A stretch of DNA of 32,000 nt. Source: Microcystis aeruginosa NIES-843 (GTDB taxonomy: Bacteria > Cyanobacteriota > Cyanobacteriia > Cyanobacteriales > Microcystaceae). The stretch covers positions 2,160,001 to 2,192,000 of the forward strand of contig NC_010296.1 in assembly GCF_000010625.1 (NCBI RefSeq), given 5' to 3'. The position numbers and the translations under genes are program-made. The notes below the pieces were generated by a model. The model did not search any database. It had not been told where the DNA came from and worked only from the letters and a program-made list of their open reading frames with translations. Shown here piece by piece: positions 16,214 through 24,316 of the stretch (position 1 is its first letter; the number at the start of each line of letters is the position of its first letter).

Positions 16214-16296
16214 CTTTCAAGTCAGTAGTCGGGGGGGAAATCTGGAGTCAGAGCCTCGTCGATGCGATAAAATACTCTGGCTCTGTATTTGTTGGT

Positions 16297-17271
16297 TTAT
16301 GAGTTAACTAGGATTTCAGCGATCGCCTGGGAGATAGGAAAATAAGGAGGATAAAGTTCTAGCCAGAAAAACTCGCCAACGGGATTAATTTCTAAAAAGA
16401 TATAACGTTCATCTGGTGTGACAATCATATCAATTGCACCATAATTAAGACCGAAATATTTCACTAATTCTAGTAGTTGTTTTTCAATAGTTTTCGGTAA
16501 ATCGTAGGGTTGCCATTGTTGATGGAGCGCTCTTCCCTCTTTTCGCCAATCGTAGATAGCACCGTCTAATTGTTGGGAATTAATCGCCGCCGTAAATATT
16601 TGTTCACCGACGATAGTGATGCGTAATTCCAAAGCTTTAGGAATGTTTTCCTGAAAAGTCATTGGACAAAATTGCAAACCTTCCAAATTATCTAGGTCTT
16701 CCTTTGTAACAGGACTGGTAAAAACAACCATTTCCTCTTGCTTGTCTCCATAAATAGCAAATTGAGAAAGCATTTTAGTCACAATTCCCGTCGCTTCAAA
16801 CTCCTGAGCAAATTGCTTGACAGCTTCAGGATTATTAGAAGTTAAAGTCCCCGGAATTAATAAACCTAATTGTTGCGCCACTTGTAACTGCAATTGTTTA
16901 TGATTGGCATGATCTACCTTAGCAATTGGATCAAGATGAAAGCCAGATAAACTAGCAATCATTCCTCGAATACTTAACCGACATTCCTTAAGAGAAGCTT
17001 CGCGAAATTGACTATCCATCCCATCGGGTAATTTTAGTCCGTATCTCATGCGTCGATACCAGACAGAAGAAACTTCTTTTAGCTCTAATTTTTGTTCTCC
17101 ATCGGTAATAATTCCGCCTTTTTGACCGCCTGAGTAAAGATCAACTTTCACCTCTGTAGGGAAGCGATCAGTATCAAAACGGAAGGCTTTTTTACCCATG
17201 GCTTCTATGGCTTTGATTACCAGAGGAATACTTTCATTATCGTGGCTAAAAGTAACAATTAAAACGGTCAT
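16297..17271 (-). CDS. mdnC: Microviridin ATP-grasp ligase MdnC (omega-ester / lactone-forming)
   Basis: ATP-grasp fold motifs (ELRITIVGEQIF, YDWR, YIFLEINPVGEF). From memory the sequence matches Microcystis MdnC, which starts MTVLIVTFS. That ATG at 17271 has an AAGGA RBS. The track ORF start at 17328 is an upstream extension overlapping mdnB. Confidence 0.9.
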   Translation of the reverse strand: MTVLIVTFSHDNESIPLVIKAIEAMGKKAFRFDTDRFPTEVKVDLYSGGQKGGIITDGEQKLELKEVSSVWYRRMRYGLKLPDGMDSQFREASLKECRLSIRGMIASLSGFHLDPIAKVDHANHKQLQLQVAQQLGLLIPGTLTSNNPEAVKQFAQEFEATGIVTKMLSQFAIYGDKQEEMVVFTSPVTKEDLDNLEGLQFCPMTFQENIPKALELRITIVGEQIFTAAINSQQLDGAIYDWRKEGRALHQQWQPYDLPKTIEKQLLELVKYFGLNYGAIDMIVTPDERYIFLEINPVGEFFWLELYPPYFPISQAIAEILVNS

Positions 17272-17324
17272 AGATTTCCTTGAAAACTTAATATTAACAA
17301 TTTTTTGAGCGCCAGCTTTGCCGA

Positions 17325-18305
17325 TCAACCGAAGACTAAAAAATCAGCGATCGCATTAGAAATAGGTAAATCTAAATCCCGTTCTAACATTCCCCACTCA
17401 CCACCCGGATTAACTTCTAAAAAAACGTATTCTCCCCCAGGAGTTAAGATAAAATCAAACGCCCCAAAATTCAACCCTAAATTAGCCATAAAAATCTGAA
17501 GTTGCTGCAATAGTGAATCAGGTAAAGTATGATGTTGCCAAGCACCCGGATCAATACCCGGTCTTCGCCAATCTACGGCAGAATTATTATACTGAGAAGA
17601 TTCTAAAGCTCCCACAAATGTCTGTCCATTAACCACGACAACTCTCAATTCTAATTGTTTGGGAATTTCCGCTTGAAAAACCATAGGACAATAGCGTAAA
17701 GATTCCGCTTCCTCAAGGTCTTCTGCTTTCACCCTACTGGTATAAAGAAAAAATTCCGGCGACTCCATACTTCTGGCGATCGCAGTTAACAATTTACTCA
17801 CCATTCTTCCCTGAACCTGGGAAAAAAACTCCCGGGCAGCATCAGGATTATTGGTAACTAAAGTGGGGGGGATAATCAAGCCAACTTCTGAGGCCAAACG
17901 AAGTTGTAATAACTTATTTTTAGCCCTCTCAATTTGCGCTAAATTATCTAACCAACGCGCTGACCTTAAACTATCCCAAAAACTAGCCAAAGTCGTCTGG
18001 GATTCTCGCACACAAGCCTCCCGAAACTGAGGATCTAAATCCGCTGTTATTTCAGGTTGCCAAATACGTCTTGTCCAAACAGATTGCACCTGTTCACTAT
18101 CAATAGATTGATGGTTATAGGTTAATTGATAAAAACTTTTTTTCCCATTAAATTGGGCTGCTAATTGAACCTCTAAGGGAAATTTATCGGTATCTAAGCG
18201 AAAAGGTGTGGCTCCTTTTTTTTCTATCGCCTCAGCCACGCGGTCAATCGTGAAAAAATCGCCGCTATGGGTCAACAATAAAACAACTTTAGGCGATTCT
18301 TTCAT
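17325..18305 (-). CDS. mdnB: Microviridin ATP-grasp ligase MdnB (omega-amide / lactam-forming)
   Basis: Paralogue of the downstream ATP-grasp (ELRVVVVNGQTF, VDWR, YVFLEVNPGGEW). First enzyme gene after the precursor, as in mdnABC. Confidence 0.9.
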   Translation of the reverse strand: MKESPKVVLLLTHSGDFFTIDRVAEAIEKKGATPFRLDTDKFPLEVQLAAQFNGKKSFYQLTYNHQSIDSEQVQSVWTRRIWQPEITADLDPQFREACVRESQTTLASFWDSLRSARWLDNLAQIERAKNKLLQLRLASEVGLIIPPTLVTNNPDAAREFFSQVQGRMVSKLLTAIARSMESPEFFLYTSRVKAEDLEEAESLRYCPMVFQAEIPKQLELRVVVVNGQTFVGALESSQYNNSAVDWRRPGIDPGAWQHHTLPDSLLQQLQIFMANLGLNFGAFDFILTPGGEYVFLEVNPGGEWGMLERDLDLPISNAIADFLVFG

Positions 18306-18583
18306 GTCAATTGCAAATCCCTATATTTTAACCCATTTTAAGGCTTTTGGGCGGATATTTATCGAGAAGAATCTCAATAAAAGGCGGAAAAAATTGCTGC
18401 TTTTGCTTAACTAATTGCAGTATTTGTTTTTTTCTTGAGTAATTACTAAAGTTACTTTACAGCACTTCTCAGGATCTCAACGTGCAGTTTTTTTGGCTGC
18501 GAGCCTTGCTTAGTGGAGCTTTTAGCTTTTTGTCTGTACGGTGTAATCAAGAAAAGTGCTGCAATTACTCAAGTGATCTGAGT

Positions 18584-18736
18584 TTAATAATCTTCCCAGT
18601 CAGAAGGGTATTTAAAGGTGCCCCCGTAGGTAGGCTCAGGGGAAGGAGACTTGATGGAAGATTCCTCTTTGCTTACGGACAAGAAACGAGCAAAGAAAGG
18701 AAGTGCTTTACCTTGTTGATCGTTGGGATATGCCAT
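18584..18736 (-). CDS. mdnA: Microviridin precursor peptide MdnA (50 aa); not present in the supplied ORF track
   Basis: The reverse complement of 18736..18584 reads ATG GCA TAT CCC ... GAT TAT TAA = MAYPNDQQGKALPFFARFLSVSKEESSIKSPSPEPTYGGTFKYPSDWEDY*. It has the PFFARFL leader recognition motif, the TxKYPSDWE(D/E) core and a GAGGA RBS 6-7 nt upstream. Confidence 0.93.
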   Translation of the reverse strand: MAYPNDQQGKALPFFARFLSVSKEESSIKSPSPEPTYGGTFKYPSDWEDY

Positions 18737-19274
18737 AGTTATTCCTCTGGTAATTTCGAGTGAATAGGTTTAATCACTCAGACAAAACTAACCACCTGCA
18801 ATAACCCCTGAAAGCTTTGCTGTGCATGGCTTTCAGAATTGGGATTGTGCAAATAATTTGCCTTTGTTTGGGTGATGGAAAACATCATAAGCACTAATCC
18901 GGCCAATGTCAAGCACTTAAGAACAATTTCTGCTAAATCCGACATTCAGCACATCTTCATATACTTGTATATGTTTTTACATTCCCCAAGATGTTTTAAC
19001 GAAAAACCTTGATTGTAGAAACTACTATTGAGAACATTTTCAATAATTGATTTTTTCTGAGAAAAAAATTGACAATTCTTCACCTTGATCAAAATCAATG
19101 ATTGTAGCTATAATCCTTACTGGACAAGGATTGTAAGCAATATATTGGTAAAAATTATTAATTGAATGTTAAGAAGTGCGGAAAGTGGGTTTCCCACTCT
19201 ACTAAATCTGCTCAAATATTAATTACCTAAGCAAAATTAATTATACATCTAAGCCGTCAGCTTTTTGCCGTGAT

Positions 19275-19309
19275 CAGTAAACAGTAATCAGTAAACAGTA
19301 ATCAGTAAA
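19275..19309. repeat. Heptanucleotide tandem repeat (CAGTAAW)x5, preceded by GTGAT
   Basis: CAGTAAA CAGTAAT CAGTAAA CAGTAAT CAGTAAA. A direct copy of the 13072..13106 array type. Confidence 0.95.
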
Positions 19310-19357
19310 AATACAGTAGGAAACTTCTATTTAATACTCCACACTTAAAACTCAAAT

Positions 19358-19378
19358 CTGATAACTGATAACTGATAG
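19358..19378. repeat. Heptanucleotide repeat (CTGATAR)x3
   Basis: CTGATAA CTGATAA CTGATAG, just downstream of the rodA-like gene's stop codon. Confidence 0.9.
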
Positions 19379-19390
19379 CTGTACAACTAC

Positions 19391-20683
19391 TTAGTACAAA
19401 CGCTTACGGGGGCGATAATTAGCCACGGATTCCACTAAACCCAAGGCAATAAAATTGGTTAATAAAGATGAACGTCCATAACTTAACCAGGGTAAAGGAA
19501 TCCCTGTAATCGGGGCTAATCCCACGGTCATGCTAATATTAAGAATTGCCTGAAAAGCGATCATCGAGAGAACACCGATCGCTATTAAAGAACCAAAGTT
19601 TTCTTTAGCAGTATTAGCAATGACTAACAAACGCCAACAAACTAACCAGAAAGCTATTAAAACTAGAATACTGCCGACAAAACCGAATTCTTCCCCGACT
19701 ACGGAGAAGATAAAATCGGTGTGTTGTTCGGGAATAAAATTTAATTGGGTTTGGGTGCCTTGGTGTAATCCCCGTCCCAATAATTCTCCCGATCCGATGG
19801 CAATGCGGGATTGAATTAATTGATAACCTCCCCCCAAAGGATTCTTTTCTGGGTCAAGAAATAGGGTTAAACGATCTTTTTGATATTCTTTTAATAAACC
19901 CCAAAAAACCTCGCCTAATTTACCCACTGCCAGATTAGTTGCCACCACGATGAAAGTAGATAAAAAACGGTAGGGAAGGGTAAACCAAGCAAGCACAGCG
20001 ATGATAATTGCTAAAACAATCCAAGCAGGAAAAAGTAAATTAAACAGAAAAACCGATGCGAGGGGAGATAAGAGGATAATCATCCAAGGCAGTTTCGCAT
20101 TAGCCCAGTAAATCATGCCTAGGGTAATTGCCCCAAAGACTAATCCCGTCCCCAGGTCCGGCTGCGCCATAATTAACACCCAGGGGATGGCAGTGACGAC
20201 AAAGACACGAGCGATCGCAAAAAGATTATCGGCGGGACGATGATGTAGGAGGGCTGCTAGGGTGATAATTAAACCTACCTTGGCAAATTCCGACGGTTGC
20301 ACGTTAAAACTGCCGATATTAATCCAACTTTGCGCCCCATTCGCCGTCACCCCCAGGACAATTACTGCAATTAGGGAGAGATTGGTGAGAAGATAGGTTA
20401 ACCAGTGCCATTTCAGCAGACTTTCGTAACGACAACGGGCCAGAAATAAAGCGATCGCCACTCCCCCGGCCCCGAATAACCAGTGTTGCCACCAGTCGAG
20501 AGCAGTGGTATGTCTTTCGGCACTACGAATCATTAAACCACCGAAAACGGTTAAACCCGTCACCAAAACGAACAAAAGCCAATCAATTTGGGCTATATCC
20601 CGGAAAATGAAGCTAAACCGCTCATTAAAACCGCTTAGTTTCCTACTAATAAGGGACTGTCTTCTCACCATTTCTCTCCCCAA
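19391..20683 (-). CDS. rodA: FtsW/RodA/SpoVE (SEDS) family peptidoglycan glycosyltransferase, RodA-like
   Basis: About 10 TM segments. IDWLLFVLVTGLTVFGGLMIRSA N-terminal pattern, SEFAKVGLIITLAALL, PEQHTDFIFSVVGEEFGF, GIPLPWLSYGRSSL. The RodA versus FtsW assignment is tentative. Confidence 0.8.
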   Translation of the reverse strand: MGREMVRRQSLISRKLSGFNERFSFIFRDIAQIDWLLFVLVTGLTVFGGLMIRSAERHTTALDWWQHWLFGAGGVAIALFLARCRYESLLKWHWLTYLLTNLSLIAVIVLGVTANGAQSWINIGSFNVQPSEFAKVGLIITLAALLHHRPADNLFAIARVFVVTAIPWVLIMAQPDLGTGLVFGAITLGMIYWANAKLPWMIILLSPLASVFLFNLLFPAWIVLAIIIAVLAWFTLPYRFLSTFIVVATNLAVGKLGEVFWGLLKEYQKDRLTLFLDPEKNPLGGGYQLIQSRIAIGSGELLGRGLHQGTQTQLNFIPEQHTDFIFSVVGEEFGFVGSILVLIAFWLVCWRLLVIANTAKENFGSLIAIGVLSMIAFQAILNISMTVGLAPITGIPLPWLSYGRSSLLTNFIALGLVESVANYRPRKRLY

Positions 20684-20827
20684 ATTTACTAACTAACTAG
20701 GGTTTGCTCAATAAATCTAAAAACATTGTTCGATAATACTTTTAGACCTTTTTGAAATCCAAAAGTACCGGCCATTGGAGTGATCGGGGGGAAAATTTAG
20801 GGACTTTTTCCCTGAAAATGGGTAAAA

Positions 20828-20862
20828 CCCTACACCCTACACCCCACACCCCACACCCTGCC
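20828..20862. repeat. (CCCTACA/CCCCACA) heptamer tract; the minus strand is G-rich
   Basis: CCCTACA CCCTACA CCCCACA CCCCACA CCCTGCC. It lies in the 3' region of the Mrp/ApbC gene. Confidence 0.9.
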
Positions 20863-20870
20863 CCCAAGAA

Positions 20871-20895
20871 AAACTTTTTGCCGCAAACCCTAACT
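20871..20895 (-). repeat. Gene-3'-end repeat family, copy C (inverted), overlapping the stop codon of the Mrp/ApbC gene
   Basis: The reverse complement reads AGTTAGGGTTTGCGGCAAAAAGTTT. The TAG within it is the stop of the 20890..21972 CDS. Confidence 0.8.
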
Positions 20896-21972
20896 ATAGG
20901 CTGCTACGGATACTTTCGCCGCCACCTGACGAGCGATCGCTATCAGGGCTTTAGCTGAGGCCGATTCCGGTTGCCCCAAAACCACTGGTACACCAGTATC
21001 ACCGCCCTCCCGTAGGGCTATCTCCAGAGGCACACATCCCAGTAAAGGAATGCCCAATTCTTGCGAGGTTTTTTCCCCACCACCGGACCCAAATAGATCA
21101 TAGGAGCGATCGGGCTGATCGGGAGGGATAAAATAACTCATATTTTCCACGATACCCAAAACCCGCGCCCCTAGCTGTTGGAACATTTTTAAACCCCGGC
21201 GCGCATCAATTAAAGAAACCGTCTGGGGAGTGGTGACAATCACCGCACCCGCTAGGGGGACCGATTGAATTAAAGTTAATTGTGCATCCCCGGTACCGGG
21301 AGGCATATCGACGATTAAATAGTCTAAATCGCCCCAATTGACTTGATAGAGAAACTGACGGATAATGCCGTTTAACATCGGACCGCGCCAGATTACCGGT
21401 TGATCGGGGTTGATCAAAAAGCCCATGGAAACCATTTTGATGCCATGGTTAAAAGCGGGTTCCAATATCTCGCCATTTGCGCCCTGTACGGTCACTTGTG
21501 CGTCATTTAAGCCCAACATTGTCGGGGCGTTGGGGCCGTAGATGTCCGCGTCTAATAGCCCCACTTTTGCCCCTAAATGAGCCAAGGCGACGGCGATATT
21601 GACAGCCACGGTACTTTTTCCCACACCGCCCTTACCACTGGAAACGGCGATAATATTTTTAACCCCCTCCACGCCTTGGCGATCGGGTAAAGCTTTTTGT
21701 TGCGGGGTTTCGGCAGTTACGTCCACAGCGACACTTTCCACCCCGGGCAGCTGTTTAACGGCTTTTTGGCAGTCTTCCACGATAAATTCGCGCAAAGGAC
21801 AGGCAGGAGTGGTCAAAACTAGGGTAAAGCTAACTTTTCCGCCATCGATCGCCACATTGCGGATCATGTTCAATTCCACTAGGCTTTTTTGCAGTTCCGG
21901 ATCTTGAACGGGACGTAATACTTCTAAAATCGATGCGGTATCAAGGGGCATGGTTTCAGTGTCTCTAATCAA
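20890..21972 (-). CDS. Mrp/NBP35/ApbC family Fe-S cluster carrier ATPase with N-terminal DUF59 domain
   Basis: Deviant Walker A SGKGGVGKST, DMPPGTGD, and an N-terminal DUF59-like segment (VLRPVQDPELQKSLVELNMI). The true start may be the internal MPLDTAS. Confidence 0.9.
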   Translation of the reverse strand: MIRDTETMPLDTASILEVLRPVQDPELQKSLVELNMIRNVAIDGGKVSFTLVLTTPACPLREFIVEDCQKAVKQLPGVESVAVDVTAETPQQKALPDRQGVEGVKNIIAVSSGKGGVGKSTVAVNIAVALAHLGAKVGLLDADIYGPNAPTMLGLNDAQVTVQGANGEILEPAFNHGIKMVSMGFLINPDQPVIWRGPMLNGIIRQFLYQVNWGDLDYLIVDMPPGTGDAQLTLIQSVPLAGAVIVTTPQTVSLIDARRGLKMFQQLGARVLGIVENMSYFIPPDQPDRSYDLFGSGGGEKTSQELGIPLLGCVPLEIALREGGDTGVPVVLGQPESASAKALIAIARQVAAKVSVAAYS

Positions 21973-22191
21973 GTATTGTTCTTATGGTTATTTATCTTAA
22001 CCTTGATGCCCGCACAGTTATCAGTGGGGAGTGGGGAGTTTTTTGCTGTGAACAGTGAACAGTAAGTAGTCGTGCAAAATTAATTTCCTAGTGAAGATAG
22101 GCAAGAGGCAAAAGGCAATAGGCAAGAGCGGGGTTAGATATGTGTAATTAATTTTGCTTAGGTACTTAATCAGTGAACTGAAAACTCACAT

Positions 22192-22233
22192 CTGATAACT
22201 GATAACTGATAACTGATAACTGATAACTGATAA
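22192..22233. repeat. Heptanucleotide tandem repeat (CTGATAA)x6
   Basis: Six perfect units. The neighbouring (AGGCAAN)x4 at about 22099-22127 and (TAGATCTC)x2.5 at about 22245-22266 overlap the MOSC stop codon region. Confidence 0.95.
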
Positions 22234-22260
22234 CCCCTATCCCCCTAGATCTCTAGATCT

Positions 22261-23052
22261 CTAGATTACGGTAATAGGATCGCCGACTTTAATTGTACCT
22301 GTCTTTTCGGGGATGACATTTTCTCCGAACATGATGCCCCCGGGGAAACTGCGAAAAGTGCTTAAGGTTTTTAAAGGTTCTTGCTGGGGATTTCTCCTAC
22401 CTGTTTCTTGATCGGTGGTGGTGATAATACAGCGACTACAGGGTTTAACTAGGGCATAATTTATCTCTCCAATTGTGATCTTTTGCCAACTACTTTCGCT
22501 AAAAGCTCGATCGCTACTAATAACAATATTAGGCCGAAAACGATTCATCGGCACCGGTGCAACTAAACGCCGATTTAAGTCCTCTAAAGAAGCAGTATTA
22601 GTTAATAAAATTGGATAACCATCGGCAAAGCTGACGGGAGTATGATCATTCCCTGCATAGCGAGGATTCGCGGGACGTGGATAATCGGGAGATTGTCGCA
22701 CTAAACGACAAGGAATGTCGAGAATTTTCTCGAACCATTCGGCGATTTCATCCCCTTGATCCATGGCTATGGTTTGAGATTCCCAGATTTGAACCGCTCT
22801 TTTTTCTCCTGTGAAATTAGGCTGGAAAGTCAGGGAATCTTGAGATGTTTTTAGAGAAAATTTATCTCCTGTCATCGTGACAGAAACCCTGGCTAATTGC
22901 GGATATTCCCTTTGGGTGATAAATTTACCCTTGCCATCCACTAACATCATTTCTCGATCCCAGAGTAAACCCTTAGGAGTCACTTCAGCTTGGGATAATT
23001 GAATACCTCGACAGGATTTAATCGGGTAGATATAGAGATCAGTAACCTGCAT
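22261..23052 (-). CDS. MOSC domain protein (MOSC_N beta-barrel plus MOSC)
   Basis: N-terminus VTDLYIYPIKSCRG, and the conserved cysteine region KPCSRCIITT typical of YcbX/mARC-like MOSC proteins. Confidence 0.85.
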   Translation of the reverse strand: MQVTDLYIYPIKSCRGIQLSQAEVTPKGLLWDREMMLVDGKGKFITQREYPQLARVSVTMTGDKFSLKTSQDSLTFQPNFTGEKRAVQIWESQTIAMDQGDEIAEWFEKILDIPCRLVRQSPDYPRPANPRYAGNDHTPVSFADGYPILLTNTASLEDLNRRLVAPVPMNRFRPNIVISSDRAFSESSWQKITIGEINYALVKPCSRCIITTTDQETGRRNPQQEPLKTLSTFRSFPGGIMFGENVIPEKTGTIKVGDPITVI

Positions 23053-24316
23053 TTTCTTTCAGTAGTTCTACATATTTTTTAGCCACATCTTCCCAAGTCC
23101 AGAGATTAATTTTATTGGGGATATCTTCGGGTAACAAGCGAGGAATTGGATTGAGGATAAATTGTTCTAAACAGTTGGCTAAACTTTCCGCATCTTCCCT
23201 AGGATAGAATTGCACTCTTTCAGGACAATTATATAATTCCACCTGTTCTTGAAACACTTCTAAATCGGAAGCGATAACGGGAATACCTTGTAAAATGGCT
23301 TCCGCTATTGCTAATCCAAAACCTTCGTATTTTGAGGGAAATACCACAGAGGAACAGGTTTGATAATAAAACTGCAATGTTTCATAGTCTTGATAACCTA
23401 ATCCCTTGAAATGACTCTCGAAAATTTCTTGATTTTCCCGATAAAGTCGGGTACATTCTTTGAGATAATCTTGGTATTCTTGGGTTTGGGACTGTTGAGA
23501 TAATTGCAAATTTCCACTAACTAGATTATCGGTTTCCTTGCCAATCAAAACAACCTTGAAGTTTAAGCCTTTTTTGGCTAGTTGTATAGTTGCTTTGAGC
23601 AAAGTCAGATGATCTTTGTAGATACCAAAGGAGGAGGGAAAATAAAAAGTAACTAGCTCACTTTTGACTAAATCACTCTTGGGATTAGACTGCTCGACAA
23701 ATCCTGCTAAGGGTACAGCTTTTAATTTACTAGCATAGGTAGCATTGGGAAAAACTTTTAAAACATCGTCTTTAGTTTTTTGGGAAATTGTGAAGAGTAG
23801 ATCGGCCCGATCTAACCATTCTTTTAAGACTTCATTGTAGGGTTCTTGATAGGATTCTGAGTAAGTTAAGGGAGCAAATTGCCAAAAGACATCATAAATA
23901 ATGCCACTTAAAGTAACCTTGACATTGGGGGGAGAAATCCGATTAGTCATTCCATACAAACAGTGATCAGCTTGGTAACGCTTGATAATCTGATTAATTC
24001 TTGCTTCGATGCGTAAAAGGTCAATTCTACGAGAGAAAAGACGATGAATCGAAGTCAGTCTTAGGGTTTTGTAAAAATTCGCTAGAGGACCATAAAAATA
24101 GATTAAACTTGTCTCAAAACTCTTGGGGGAAAAATCAAGTTCCTCATAGATAAGTTTATCGGAATCAGGCATTAAAAACTTAAAATATTCAATGTCATTA
24201 CGAGGAATAACGATAATAATTTTTTCGACGTATTCTAATAAGCTAGGTATTAAAGAGATAATGACTCTTTCTACTCCTCCTTTGCGATAAAACACGATCG
24301 GGATGACAATTTTCAT
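23039..24316 (-). CDS. Glycosyltransferase, GT4 (GT-B fold) family
   Basis: C-terminal EX7E-type region FPSKYEGFGLAIAEAILQGIPVIASD. Overlaps neighbouring genes by 14 and 4 nt, suggesting an operon. Confidence 0.8.
   Translation of the reverse strand: MKIVIPIVFYRKGGVERVIISLIPSLLEYVEKIIIVIPRNDIEYFKFLMPDSDKLIYEELDFSPKSFETSLIYFYGPLANFYKTLRLTSIHRLFSRRIDLLRIEARINQIIKRYQADHCLYGMTNRISPPNVKVTLSGIIYDVFWQFAPLTYSESYQEPYNEVLKEWLDRADLLFTISQKTKDDVLKVFPNATYASKLKAVPLAGFVEQSNPKSDLVKSELVTFYFPSSFGIYKDHLTLLKATIQLAKKGLNFKVVLIGKETDNLVSGNLQLSQQSQTQEYQDYLKECTRLYRENQEIFESHFKGLGYQDYETLQFYYQTCSSVVFPSKYEGFGLAIAEAILQGIPVIASDLEVFQEQVELYNCPERVQFYPREDAESLANCLEQFILNPIPRLLPEDIPNKINLWTWEDVAKKYVELLKENAGY

Noticed and set aside
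16248-16284. Hairpin CAGAGCC-n23-GGCTCTG followed by TATTTGTT, considered as a terminator between convergent mdnD and mdnC
   Set aside because: The stem is only 7 bp with a 23-nt loop, and the T-tract is weak and interrupted. On the mdnC strand there is no U-tract at all. This is not enough to call an intrinsic terminator.
17272-17328. Upstream extension of mdnC (MIGKAGAQKIVNIKFSRKS...) overlapping the mdnB stop
   Set aside because: MdnC-type ligases begin MTVLIVTF..., that ATG (17271) has an AAGGA RBS, and the extension has no ATP-grasp homology.
17305-18414. Plus-strand ORFs 17305..17499 and 18208..18414
   Set aside because: Both lie antisense within or overlapping mdnB and have no motifs. 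They are typical shadow ORFs of a real gene on the other strand.
18482-18763. 93-aa plus-strand ORF from the supplied track
   Set aside because: It lies antisense to the 50-aa mdnA gene, which has an unmistakable microviridin leader and core. The translation has no recognisable motif, so the ORF is taken to be a shadow of mdnA and its 3' flanking sequence.
19069-19114. Consensus TTGACA (19069-19074) and TATAAT (19109-19114) hexamers on the plus strand, upstream of nothing obvious
   Set aside because: The hexamers are 34 nt apart, far from the 16-18 nt needed for a sigma-70-type promoter. They also point away from mdnA into the 3' end of the convergent rodA-like gene. This is probably a chance occurrence in AT-rich DNA.
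18306-19390. Search for a second microviridin precursor gene (some graspetide loci have several)
   Set aside because: I scanned both strands of the spacer and the upstream region for a KYPSD/TxKxPSD-encoding core or a PFFARFL leader and found none. Only one precursor can be supported.
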